64,000 bases of DNA from Parcubacteria group bacterium Gr01-1014_8 (GTDB lineage: Bacteria > Patescibacteriota > Minisyncoccia > Phycocordibacterales > UBA2100), in contig VMGC01000001.1 of assembly GCA_007376385.1 (NCBI GenBank), positions 192,001-256,000 of the forward strand, given 5' to 3'. Below, piece by piece: positions 20,467 through 29,970 of the stretch (positions are counted from its first letter, which is position 1; each line of letters opens with the position of its first letter). Position numbers and translations under genes: made by a program. A model generated the notes under the pieces. That model was given only the letters and a program-made list of their open reading frames with translations, was not told where the DNA came from and ran no database searches.

Positions 20467-21299
20467 ATGCTTCGGATTCGGCTCTTGCAAATCGAGATTC
20501 GAATCTGGGGTCGTCAGGGCTCCAGCCGGCTTGAGCCGGAAACTCGAATGGTCTGGAGGACCCATGGGAAAGTATCCCAAACCTGATCCTTTTGCTGCGC
20601 CATTTGGCATCAACTGTCGGCATGCCTCCGATTCGGAGCCGAGGAAGCCGAAAGTCCGCCAACGCCGGAGGATGAAAATCCGAAAAGCGAAAAAAAGCAA
20701 AGCATAAGGCAGCGCTCCACCGCCTCCTTTTAAGCTAAGGCTCGTCGCGCGACTCGTTCGTGCGGCGGCCTTTCTTTATAAAAACTCAGCCGTAGCGCGA
20801 GGAGCGCTACGGCCAAGGACGTCACTCCCAGATGATTTCGACATACTCGTGTGGGCGAGCTGGGTCGACACCTGCGGGACGCAGAACCACCCTCCGTGGG
20901 GTGCGCCGCCTCCGAACGGGTGAGTTCGGGGCAGACCCCGACGCTTTCGCGTCGTCAATCCGGCTCAGCGCCAAGATTTCTTGTTTATCAGTCGTGCAAT
21001 TCCTGGGCATTTGCCACCTCGCTTTCAGCACAGGCCGTGTTCCACCGGAATGGTCATACACGGAGTCTATGCGGAGTATTCTGCACAGGCCCCGGGCCAC
21101 CACAAGGGCACTTCCATTTTTGTAACGCCTTGCGGCTAACAAAAATTGGTCGCACCCATTAAAAAAGCCCTCCTAGGTGGAGGGCTTGTCTGTATCTACT
21201 TTATTTTTCTCAACTAGACACAAGCAAAACCTCCACCAGAGTGGGTAAGAAGGAGGCTAAGGAGAAGACCTTTTATATACTTGTCGGACATGGATTTGA

Positions 21300-21632
21300 T
21301 TGTATTGGACATTTGTATCCTGTCAACGATACAATCTGTTCATGAGCGATAAGTCGTGGAAGCCGGATGCGCAGAAGCTGCCAACTCTTTCGCGAGATAC
21401 AGCCAAGAAAATGATTGACGATTTTCCAACGATCAAGAGTGCGTATTTGGCTGAAACAAGCAAAGAGGGAGGCTTGATACTAGCGACAGAACTCGCGAGG
21501 GGATATTTAGAGGATATTTTAAATCTTCCCGAAAAAGAACGGAACACGTGGGATTCAGAAATAACAGGTCTCGGAAATATTCTGTGGTTTTGGGAGCATC
21601 GACATGATCCGAATCAACGCGAGCCTCGCTGA
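21300..21632 (+). CDS. hypothetical protein (likely start 21342, MSDKSWK...)
   Basis: 110 aa ORF, coding-like. Confidence 0.4.
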   Translation: MYWTFVSCQRYNLFMSDKSWKPDAQKLPTLSRDTAKKMIDDFPTIKSAYLAETSKEGGLILATELARGYLEDILNLPEKERNTWDSEITGLGNILWFWEHRHDPNQREPR

Positions 21633-22494
21633 GCATAGTGGCAGGCAACGGAGCAAACATCAGGACTCGCAACTTATAGAATCCATGACAAACGCATTTT
21701 TCGGACGACCCAGAGAGCCAGACAGAGCGGAACAACCGCTTTCGCATGAAGACATGGTGCGCATTGCCTCGCAGTTGCATCATGATGCAATATTATCCCC
21801 GAAGAGATTTGATGACGCTGCCGATGCACGACTGCGAGTCGTCAAAGCATTTGCGAATCTCGCAATACAAACGAAGGAGTATCTCAACACGTCGTGCGAT
21901 ACCCTGATCATCGACCAAAAGAGCGGCAATTTGCCGGGTCTGTTCTTCAAGCAATTGACGGCAGATATCTACCGCAATACGGGTAAGGTCGCACCTGCTA
22001 TCCACGACATCGTTGCAAGTCTTCGTCTTCCGGATCGCGTCAATGTTCTTGAAACATACTTTCGAGACGCTTTTGAGAATCAATTGATCGGCGACCACAT
22101 TCTCATCGTCACTGAACACGCAATATCTCGAAGTAGTGCGGGTCTCGTAACGTTTGCCGATATGATTAAGCGGATTGGCGCAGAGTTTGGGAAAGAGCCC
22201 GAGATCCGCTTTGCCGCGGTTTCAGTTGGCAGAGAATTCCCGACACGTGCGCAGCGGGCGGACAAGGGGCTTGAAAATTTGTATCAATGGTACGCCGGTG
22301 AACTTGGATACTCCATCGGCTCAATGGCGTTCCACCGGGCAAATGTAAATGATCTTGCGTATATGGAAGGAAGCGCTCGTCCTCGGATAGTACCTTCTTC
22401 GGAAGCGGGTCCGGATGCCGAGGCCGCAAAAGCCGACATGATCATGCTCGCCCGTGAACTCGCTCCGCTTGTCCTTGGTAAAAAATCAACGTAA
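21604..22494 (+). CDS. hypothetical protein
   Basis: 296 aa, no firm motif; sits between the ATP-grasp gene and a GATase1 gene. Confidence 0.5.
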   Translation: MIRINASLAEHSGRQRSKHQDSQLIESMTNAFFGRPREPDRAEQPLSHEDMVRIASQLHHDAILSPKRFDDAADARLRVVKAFANLAIQTKEYLNTSCDTLIIDQKSGNLPGLFFKQLTADIYRNTGKVAPAIHDIVASLRLPDRVNVLETYFRDAFENQLIGDHILIVTEHAISRSSAGLVTFADMIKRIGAEFGKEPEIRFAAVSVGREFPTRAQRADKGLENLYQWYAGELGYSIGSMAFHRANVNDLAYMEGSARPRIVPSSEAGPDAEAAKADMIMLARELAPLVLGKKST

Positions 22495-22503
22495 GGTAGG
22501 CAA

Positions 22504-23247
22504 ATGGCGGCCAGAATTCTCGTCATACAATTCCGCTTAAGAGATCAGGCGCGCGCGGAGCAGCAGCCCTTAGAGCGCGTGCTCGGAAGCGAAAAATGCT
22601 CACTGGTTTTTAAGAACGCTTTTGTGGAAGGTATCGATTGGAGTCGCCCGGAACGTGAATTGCATGGATTCGATGCGGTCATTTTGTCAGGCTCCGGCGA
22701 CCTTTATTTTGATGGCGGTTATGCCGAGACTCACCACGGTCGGATAATTACCAGCAGGCTCGCGGAAAACGCAAAACCGTTTGCTCAATACCTCATAGAA
22801 AACAATATTCCGACCCTCGGCATCTGTTTTGGCCATCAACTGCTCGGGTATGCGGCAGGTGTGAATGTCGGCCATTCACGAATTGAGAGTAAGACAGGCA
22901 CCTACGGGGTACGGTTGACGGACATAGGAAGAACAGATCCCCTCATGAAAGACATCTCAGACCGTTTTGCAGCTCATTACGGGCATAAAGACGTACTCTT
23001 TGATCTTCCGCCCGGTGCGGTGGTGCTTGCTCATGGGGAAGACAAATGCCGCTATTCAGCTCTTCGATACGCTCCGCGCGTCTACAGCGTGCAATTTCAT
23101 CCAGAACTTTCGCGAAAGGAGATCGAGAACATCATGAGGAAATATCCCGAATATATGCCTGACGATAAGGATTGTGATGAGTTGTTCGAAGATACGGAAG
23201 AAGCCGAGCATATTTTGAAGAATTTCGTTCGTGTAGCGACACGCTAG
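22504..23247 (+). CDS. class I glutamine amidotransferase-like protein (GATase1; PuuD/GuaA-N-like)
   Basis: LGICFGHQLLGYAAG (Cys elbow) and SVQFHPE (His-x-Glu). Confidence 0.7.
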   Translation: MAARILVIQFRLRDQARAEQQPLERVLGSEKCSLVFKNAFVEGIDWSRPERELHGFDAVILSGSGDLYFDGGYAETHHGRIITSRLAENAKPFAQYLIENNIPTLGICFGHQLLGYAAGVNVGHSRIESKTGTYGVRLTDIGRTDPLMKDISDRFAAHYGHKDVLFDLPPGAVVLAHGEDKCRYSALRYAPRVYSVQFHPELSRKEIENIMRKYPEYMPDDKDCDELFEDTEEAEHILKNFVRVATR

Positions 23248-23289
23248 CGGCGCTTTTGGCTGTGGCGTCTCTGCGCTACAATTGCCACC

Positions 23290-24075
23290 ATGACCTGGGC
23301 GTCCCGCCGTCGAACCATCTACGCCTCTGGCGTTACGCTGTTTTTTCTTATCGTACTCGGCGTTCCTCTCGCGATATGGTGGTACCAGCCCGCGAATTGT
23401 ACGGATGGAGAAATGAATGGAGCAGAGACCGATGTCGACCGCGGAGGCAATTGCCCGCTTCTCGATGAACGGACGCTCATCCCGCATGCTATCCAGTGGG
23501 CGAGGGCGTTTCCGGTTCGTGATGGGACGTGGAGCGCAGTTGCGTATGTCGAGAATCCTAACGACCAAGGCGGCGTCGCCGCAGTGCCGTATCGGTTCAA
23601 GCTCTATGACGACCGCAATATCATCGTTGCAGAACGCGAAGGCACGACCTACATTATGCCGGGAGCAGTGACCCCAATTTATGAAGGCGGCATTTCGACA
23701 GGGAACCGTTCTGTGGCCCGCGCATATTTTGAATTTGCGGCGCCGTTGGTGTGGGAGAGGATGTCAGACCGGTCTCGCGCAGTCGATGTCACCGGTAAGG
23801 CGGTTTCTGATGCCGACTCAATGCCGCGCGTGACTGCGTTCGCCGAAAATACCGAAGTATCAGATGCAAAGAATGTTGAATTCGTGTCGGTCATTTTCGA
23901 TCCGGCGGGCAACGCTATCGCGGCTTCCAGCACTGTCCTCCCCCTCCTAAAAGCGGGGGAGAGGGCGAATCTTGTCTTTACCTGGCCTGATCCGTACATT
24001 CGCGCAGTCGGTCGTGTTGATGTCATTCCGTTGCGCGCCCCTGTATTGAATACCGCGAACAATAGCTTCTTCTAG
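23290..24075 (+). CDS. hypothetical membrane-anchored extracytoplasmic protein
   Basis: 261 aa with N-terminal TM segment VTLFFLIVLGVPLAIWWY. Immediately upstream of ftsW/rodA. Confidence 0.5.
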   Translation: MTWASRRRTIYASGVTLFFLIVLGVPLAIWWYQPANCTDGEMNGAETDVDRGGNCPLLDERTLIPHAIQWARAFPVRDGTWSAVAYVENPNDQGGVAAVPYRFKLYDDRNIIVAEREGTTYIMPGAVTPIYEGGISTGNRSVARAYFEFAAPLVWERMSDRSRAVDVTGKAVSDADSMPRVTAFAENTEVSDAKNVEFVSVIFDPAGNAIAASSTVLPLLKAGERANLVFTWPDPYIRAVGRVDVIPLRAPVLNTANNSFF

Positions 24076-24077
24076 CC

Positions 24078-25232
24078 ATGATAGAAATGTTGAGAACGGG
24101 AGGTCGAGAGTATTCCCGGTGGTTTTCCCACATTGATTGGTTCCTGTTCGCCTCCGCACTCGCGATATCGCTCCTAGGCCTCATCACGATGAGGCCCTTT
24201 GCCGCAGACCCCGGCGCCTTTTTTGACCGGCAGATGTTCTGGATAGCTATCGCATGCGCGGTATTTTTTATAGCGAGTATTCCTGAATACAGTATGTTGC
24301 GGCGCTCGCGCTTCGTTGTCGTTCTCTATGCGTTCATCGTAACCTTGCTTGCATTCGTGTTCGTATTTGGCGCGGTGGTAAAAGGCGCCCAGCAGCGATT
24401 CGATCTAGGGTTCATCTCGTTCCAGCCCTCTGATCCTGCAAAGTTAGTTCTCATCATCGTCCTTGCAAAATATTTTGCGCGTCGTCATGTTGAGATCGGG
24501 CACATCCGGCATATATTGGTTTCAGGAGTTTACGCTTTTCTTCTCTGCATCATGGTCTTCTTGCAGCCGGACTTTGGCGGAGCCATCATCATTGCGTCAA
24601 TCTGGCTCGGCATGGTGTTGGTCGCCGGCATTTCGTGGCGGCATCTTGCGACACTCATCATTACAGGACTCGTGTGTGCGGGTGCTCTGTGGCAGTACGC
24701 GCTCGAGGATTATCAAAAAGATCGCATCCTCACGTTCATTCATCCCCTCGCAGATATACAGGGGGCTGGCTACAACGCGTACCAAGCGACCATTGCTGTT
24801 GGTTCTGGTGAGTGGATAGGCAAGGGTATCGGACAAGGAAGTCAGTCGAAGCTGCGGTTTCTCCCTGAATATCAGACAGATTTTATTTTCGCAGCGTATG
24901 CAGAGGAGTGGGGATTCGTTGGGGTAGTACTCCTGTTCGGCCTGTACGCGGTCCTTATTTTGCGCACGCTCGCGAGCGCGCTCCATGCGTCGGATAATTT
25001 CACAACGCTTCTTGGAGTCGGCATAGCTATCATGTTCACAACCAACTTTCTCGTTCACGTCGGTATGAACATCGGCCTTCTACCTGTTACGGGAACGACA
25101 ACTCCGTTCATGAGCTACGGCGGCTCGCATTTGCTTACGGAATTCGCTGCTATAGGCATCTTGATGGGACTTAGAAAACACACGCGTCCTGCGGCGCGAG
25201 CGAGAACTCAATCACTCATTGAGGAAGTCTGA
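24078..25232 (+). CDS. SEDS-family peptidoglycan glycosyltransferase (FtsW/RodA)
   Basis: 384 aa, 10 TM; GYNAYQATIAVGSGEWIGKGIGQGSQSKLRFLPEYQTDFIFAAYAEEWGFVG. Confidence 0.85.
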   Translation: MIEMLRTGGREYSRWFSHIDWFLFASALAISLLGLITMRPFAADPGAFFDRQMFWIAIACAVFFIASIPEYSMLRRSRFVVVLYAFIVTLLAFVFVFGAVVKGAQQRFDLGFISFQPSDPAKLVLIIVLAKYFARRHVEIGHIRHILVSGVYAFLLCIMVFLQPDFGGAIIIASIWLGMVLVAGISWRHLATLIITGLVCAGALWQYALEDYQKDRILTFIHPLADIQGAGYNAYQATIAVGSGEWIGKGIGQGSQSKLRFLPEYQTDFIFAAYAEEWGFVGVVLLFGLYAVLILRTLASALHASDNFTTLLGVGIAIMFTTNFLVHVGMNIGLLPVTGTTTPFMSYGGSHLLTEFAAIGILMGLRKHTRPAARARTQSLIEEV

Positions 25233-25235
25233 TTT

Positions 25236-26381
25236 CTAACGGCCAGTGCTTGCGTTATAGACAGCAAGCGTATTCCGTATCATTGCCGCGAGTGAGAATT
25301 TTTCTGTAACACGAGTCCTTAGCGCAGAGCCGAGTCGCTCTCTCGCAGCCTGGTTCGCATACAAGAACACAAGCGCATCACACAGAGCGCGCGCATCAGA
25401 CACTGGGGTCAGTATGCCTGTTTGCGACGAGATTATTTCAGCAATGCCGCCTGTATCGCTTGCGATGACAGGCACTCCTGCGCTGCCTGCTTCGAGGATA
25501 GCGTAATTGAGACCTTCAGAGAGAGAAGGGAGAAGGAATACATCGAATGCCTTCAGGGATTCAGATGCATCAGCGACAAAGTCTGTGAGATGTACTCGAT
25601 CAGAAAGATCCATGCTTCGTATTTGTTGTTCTAAGCGTCTCTTTTCAGCGCCGCCGCCGATCATTAAATATCTTGCGTCGGGATGGTCTTTTGAGAATTT
25701 ATGAAACGCCTCGATACCGAAGGAAAGCCCTTTCACCGGATGAAGTTCCGCAATGGTGCCTATCCAAAATTCGTTTTGTTCTTTGGGACAGTGTGCAATG
25801 GTTGCAAGGTGCTGCCGTGCTTCCTCTCGGGATTTGAACAAAATAGAGGGAATGCCATTGTGCACGACAGTTATTTTGCTCTGTAATGATGGTCCTATCT
25901 GCTCCTTGACCCTTTCCGAGACTGCGATCGTTGTATGGGAGAGCATGACCGTTAATTTTGCCAAGAGCCGAATAAAGATTCGGGAGGTCCCTGGGCGAGG
26001 TGCATTGAACTCCCATGCGTGAGCAGTAAAGATGATGTGGGGAACGCCGGCCAATCGTGCCGCGATTGCCCCGATGCCGCCCATCTTAGAACTATTTGTA
26101 TGCAATATCTGAGGGCGTTCCCGCCGGAGCAGGCGGTAAAAATCGAGAAAGGATCTGAGGTCCCCAAAAATACTGACATTTCGGACCAGGGATTCGAGAG
26201 AAATGGTTCGTATTCCGGCATTGTGGAGCTTGTCCATCAGTATCCCGCGTCCGCCAGCAACGACGACTGTCTCGTATGAATCTTTAGGAAGCGATGTCGC
26301 AAGGTCGTATACATATCGCTGCGCCCCGCCATAATTCGACTGCGTTATGGCAAGCATTATTTTTATAGTTTTTCCTTGCAC
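25236..26381 (-). CDS. glycosyltransferase family 4 (GT-B, group 1)
   Basis: 381 aa; C-terminal EGLNYAILEAGSAGVPVIASDTGG. Confidence 0.8.
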   Translation of the reverse strand: MQGKTIKIMLAITQSNYGGAQRYVYDLATSLPKDSYETVVVAGGRGILMDKLHNAGIRTISLESLVRNVSIFGDLRSFLDFYRLLRRERPQILHTNSSKMGGIGAIAARLAGVPHIIFTAHAWEFNAPRPGTSRIFIRLLAKLTVMLSHTTIAVSERVKEQIGPSLQSKITVVHNGIPSILFKSREEARQHLATIAHCPKEQNEFWIGTIAELHPVKGLSFGIEAFHKFSKDHPDARYLMIGGGAEKRRLEQQIRSMDLSDRVHLTDFVADASESLKAFDVFLLPSLSEGLNYAILEAGSAGVPVIASDTGGIAEIISSQTGILTPVSDARALCDALVFLYANQAARERLGSALRTRVTEKFSLAAMIRNTLAVYNASTGR

Positions 26382-26458
26382 ATAGCCATAATAGCTCTCT
26401 TTGGCAATCGAGAGAACTGTGGCTAAAAGTCGCGATTCCTGCTATACATTCCGAATAT

Positions 26459-27826
26459 ATGAGCTCGGTACGTATTCGAGAGCTCCTCATGCTGTTCTTG
26501 GGGGATCTGATTTTTCTTGTTCTCGCATTGTGGGTGACGCTCGCTGTGCGCTATTTTGAGATTCCTTCGCGGCCGCTTCTCGAAAGTCACCTCATCCCAT
26601 TCTCGCTCCTTTTCGTTGTCTGGCTCCTTTTATTTTTTATGGCAGGTCTCTATGACCAACACACGATGATATTCCGCGCGAAATTACCGGAGCGGATCTT
26701 GCGCGCGCAAGTCTTGAACATCATCATAGCTGGCCTCTTTTTCTTTTTTGTCCCTATCTTTGAGATAGCCCCGAAGAGAAATCTTCTTATTTATCTTGTT
26801 GTCTCCCTGGTTCTCATTGTGTACTGGCGTCTCGAGCTTTTCCCGCATTTTTTGTCGAGAAAGCGCGAAGACTCGCTTCTTATCGGTGGAGGGAGCGAGT
26901 TAAAGGAGTTGATGGAGGAAGTGAATAACAACGACCGGTACCCATTCATATTCAAAGAAAGTATTTCTGTCGATCATATGGACGGAGGAGCGCTTTCGAA
27001 CAAGGTTTTTGCGCTCCTGAGGGACGAAAAGATCAGCATGGTGGCAGTCGATCTGAAGCATCGAAAATTGGCCAACATTTTACCGCATTTGTACAAGCCT
27101 CTCTTTTCGAACACTAAATTCGTCGACTTGCGCGACTTGTATGCTGAGATTTTCGAGCGTCTTCCGCTCTCGATGCTTACGGATGCCGAATCCATTCAAC
27201 ACTCTGCCAACGGAACGCCGCACTTTGTGTATGCATCATTCAAGCGGATGATGGATATTTCCGGAGGCCTCATCATGGGTTTTATCGCCATGATTCTCGT
27301 GCCCGCAGTCTGGCTCGCGCAAAGATTCGAAGGCGATGGTCCTCTTTTTATCGCGCAGCAACGTCTCGGAATGAACGGAACAAAGATGACATCGTACAAA
27401 TTCCGAACGATGCGTCTCAATGATCCATCGAGTGCATCGTGGGTGCACGAAGGGGAGAATACAGTTACACGTGTTGGCTCCTTTTTACGGCGCACGAGCT
27501 TGGATGAATTTCCACAATTCATAAATATTCTGAAGGGCGAAATGTCTCTCATTGGACCGCGCAATGATATTGAGGGCTTGGGCAAACGACTTTCGGAAGC
27601 TATCCCTTTTTATGATTTTAGATACATCGTGAAGCCGGGACTCACTGGGTGGGCCCAAATAAACCAGAAGTATGAGCAGGGGAACATTTCCCCGCAATCG
27701 ATCGAAGAGACAAAAGTGCGTCTCGCGTATGATTTCTATTACATAAAAAATCGCTCGATAATGCTTGATATCATCATTGCTCTGAAGACCGTGAAGCGCA
27801 TGGTATTCCGGGTCAGTTCTTGGTAA
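26459..27826 (+). CDS. polyprenyl-phosphate sugar phosphotransferase (WbaP/bacterial sugar transferase family)
   Basis: 455 aa; N-terminal TMs; C-terminal DEFPQFINILKGEMSLIGPR...KPGLTGWAQIN. Confidence 0.8.
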   Translation: MSSVRIRELLMLFLGDLIFLVLALWVTLAVRYFEIPSRPLLESHLIPFSLLFVVWLLLFFMAGLYDQHTMIFRAKLPERILRAQVLNIIIAGLFFFFVPIFEIAPKRNLLIYLVVSLVLIVYWRLELFPHFLSRKREDSLLIGGGSELKELMEEVNNNDRYPFIFKESISVDHMDGGALSNKVFALLRDEKISMVAVDLKHRKLANILPHLYKPLFSNTKFVDLRDLYAEIFERLPLSMLTDAESIQHSANGTPHFVYASFKRMMDISGGLIMGFIAMILVPAVWLAQRFEGDGPLFIAQQRLGMNGTKMTSYKFRTMRLNDPSSASWVHEGENTVTRVGSFLRRTSLDEFPQFINILKGEMSLIGPRNDIEGLGKRLSEAIPFYDFRYIVKPGLTGWAQINQKYEQGNISPQSIEETKVRLAYDFYYIKNRSIMLDIIIALKTVKRMVFRVSSW

Positions 27827-27835
27827 AGTACGCAA

Positions 27836-28912
27836 ATGAGCCACAAAATCCTCATTACTGGCGCCGCCGGCTATGTCGGTTTTATGCTAGTAGAGCAATT
27901 TTCGAAGCGCTCCGATGTGGAGAAAATAATCGCACTTGATAAAGAGGTAATGCCCGAATCCTTCAAGAAAGACCCGAAAATTCTTTACATTCAGGCGAAT
28001 ACAAGTGATGAGTGGGAGGCAAAAGTCGCACAACAGGCGCCTGACATCATTGTCCATGCCGCATGGCATATCCGCGACATCTACGGCAATAGTTCGAAGC
28101 AGTGGAAGTGGAATATCGCTGGTTCAGACAAGGTATTCGATTTTGCCTTCTCGCAACATTCTGTGCAAAGGCTCGTCTATTTTTCGACGGTTGCATCCTA
28201 TGCGCCGTATCCGGAGAATGAAATATCCCACGTGTTCACGGAAGAATCGCCATTTCGTTCGAGCGATTATCGCTACGCAGAAGAAAAACGCATAAGCGAA
28301 ATGCATTTGGAAGAAAAATATAAGGTTGCTACTGCAAAAAGAAAAGACATTTCTGTGTTTGTCGTTCGTCCTGCAGCCATATCCGGACCGCGCGGACGTT
28401 TTTCAAGGATTCGATTTGGCTTGCAATCGGCGCTCTCGGGTCAGCTTTCAGGTTCTTTCGTGTACAGAATCGTGACGCTTCTTACGTCGTTCGTGCCTGC
28501 GACGCCAAAATGGGCCAGGCAGTTCGTGCACGAAGATGACGTCGTTGATATTGTCGAGCTTCTCGCGTTTGACGCACCGCAATCAGGATATGATGTATTC
28601 AATCTCTGCCCGCCTGGAGAGCCGGTCTTGGCGAAAGACATGGCGCAGGCGGTTGGGAAGCGCATCCTGCCAATGCACCCCCTGCTCATTCGTTTTGCTT
28701 TTTTCCTCATGTGGCATCTTTCCCTTGGAAAGATCCCGACGACGAGGGGCGCATGGAAAGGATACTCGTATCCGATAATTGTTGATGGGAGCAAGATAAC
28801 GAAAAAGTATGGATACACCTATCGTATGGCTTCTAAAGATGCGTTCGTCTACACTGATGGCAGGTATGAGGGTGCCATACCTCGCATGTACTTGAAAAGA
28901 AAAACAGCATGA
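27836..28912 (+). CDS. NAD-dependent epimerase/dehydratase family protein
   Basis: 358 aa; ILITGAAGYVGF Rossmann motif. Confidence 0.65.
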   Translation: MSHKILITGAAGYVGFMLVEQFSKRSDVEKIIALDKEVMPESFKKDPKILYIQANTSDEWEAKVAQQAPDIIVHAAWHIRDIYGNSSKQWKWNIAGSDKVFDFAFSQHSVQRLVYFSTVASYAPYPENEISHVFTEESPFRSSDYRYAEEKRISEMHLEEKYKVATAKRKDISVFVVRPAAISGPRGRFSRIRFGLQSALSGQLSGSFVYRIVTLLTSFVPATPKWARQFVHEDDVVDIVELLAFDAPQSGYDVFNLCPPGEPVLAKDMAQAVGKRILPMHPLLIRFAFFLMWHLSLGKIPTTRGAWKGYSYPIIVDGSKITKKYGYTYRMASKDAFVYTDGRYEGAIPRMYLKRKTA

Positions 28913-29862
28913 AGATACTTGTTACCGGTGCAGCAGGATTTATTGGTTCTCACTTGGCGGAGCGGTTGGTGAAGGACGGGCATATCGTAATAGCTCTTGA
29001 TTGCTTCACTGATTACTACGATGTGCGCATTAAAGAGATAAATGCAGGAGAAGTCCAAAGTGCAGGAGCGAAATTCTTGAAATTAGACCTCGCGGAGGAC
29101 GATCTCGTTGGTGCGGTCAGCGGCGTGGAGGCGATATTTCACTGTGCGGCACAACCGGGTATCTCTTCGTCAACGCCATTTGAATCGTATGTGCGAAACA
29201 ATATTGTCGCGACAGAGCGTTTGCTTCTCGCCGCGGAAAAAGAGCCGTCACTAAAAGTGTTCATTAACTTTGCGACCTCATCGGTCTATGGTGTGCACGC
29301 AAATGGCAATGAGACGATGGAGCCAAGGCCTGCATCATATTACGGCGTTACCAAGCTTGCTGCAGAACAGCTGGTTCTTGCGAGGGCGAGGAGCCGGGGT
29401 TTTCCGGGAATTTCACTCCGTATCTTTTCTGTGTACGGGGAGCGCGAACGGCCGGAGAAGCTCTATCATAAATTGACGAAGGCGATACTTGAAGACACGC
29501 CATTTCCGCTTTTTGATGGTTCACGAGAACACGTGCGAAGTTTTACGTATGTCGGGGACATCGTTGAAGCGTGCACGCAGGTTCTTGCCGCATACGAAGC
29601 ATGCATCGGGGAGATCTTCAATGTGGGCAACGATACAACACATACTACCGACGAAGGAATCAATTTGATCGAAGGTTTAGTCGGTAAAAAAGCTACATTC
29701 GAGATGCAACCAGCACGACCTGGCGACCAACATGATACTGCCGCGAATATTGCGAAAGCACATGCTGCATTTGGGTTTGCTCCTAAAACTGACCTTCGTG
29801 AAGGATTGAAACGAGAGGTGGACTGGTACAGAGCCAAAATTTATGGCAAGCTTCGTCCTTAG
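28909..29862 (+). CDS. NAD-dependent epimerase/dehydratase (UDP-sugar epimerase-like)
   Basis: 317 aa; MKILVTGAAGFIGSHL plus a YxxxK-type active site region. Confidence 0.8.
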   Translation: MKILVTGAAGFIGSHLAERLVKDGHIVIALDCFTDYYDVRIKEINAGEVQSAGAKFLKLDLAEDDLVGAVSGVEAIFHCAAQPGISSSTPFESYVRNNIVATERLLLAAEKEPSLKVFINFATSSVYGVHANGNETMEPRPASYYGVTKLAAEQLVLARARSRGFPGISLRIFSVYGERERPEKLYHKLTKAILEDTPFPLFDGSREHVRSFTYVGDIVEACTQVLAAYEACIGEIFNVGNDTTHTTDEGINLIEGLVGKKATFEMQPARPGDQHDTAANIAKAHAAFGFAPKTDLREGLKREVDWYRAKIYGKLRP

Positions 29863-29876
29863 AACCGCCTAAGTCT

Positions 29877-29970
29877 CTTATTAGCGACGTAGAGCGAGTG
29901 AAGTGAAAGTGTACTCATTTTCATTTCCGAGCCGAGGAGCTAACAAGGGTAGAATATCCTTTATTTTCAT
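29877..29970. repeat. ~92 nt dispersed repeat, copy B (upstream of folD)
   Basis: ttattagcgacgtagagcgagtgaagtgaaagtgtactcattttcatttccgagccgaggagc...ctttattttcat; pairs with 16005..16094. Confidence 0.8.

Noticed and set aside
29903-29968. Extended N-terminus MKVYSFSFPSRGANKGRISFIF for FolD
   Set aside because: These codons lie inside the dispersed 92-nt repeat, which also creates a similar spurious peptide at 16.0 kb. FolD homology starts at MIVDGKSIAE.
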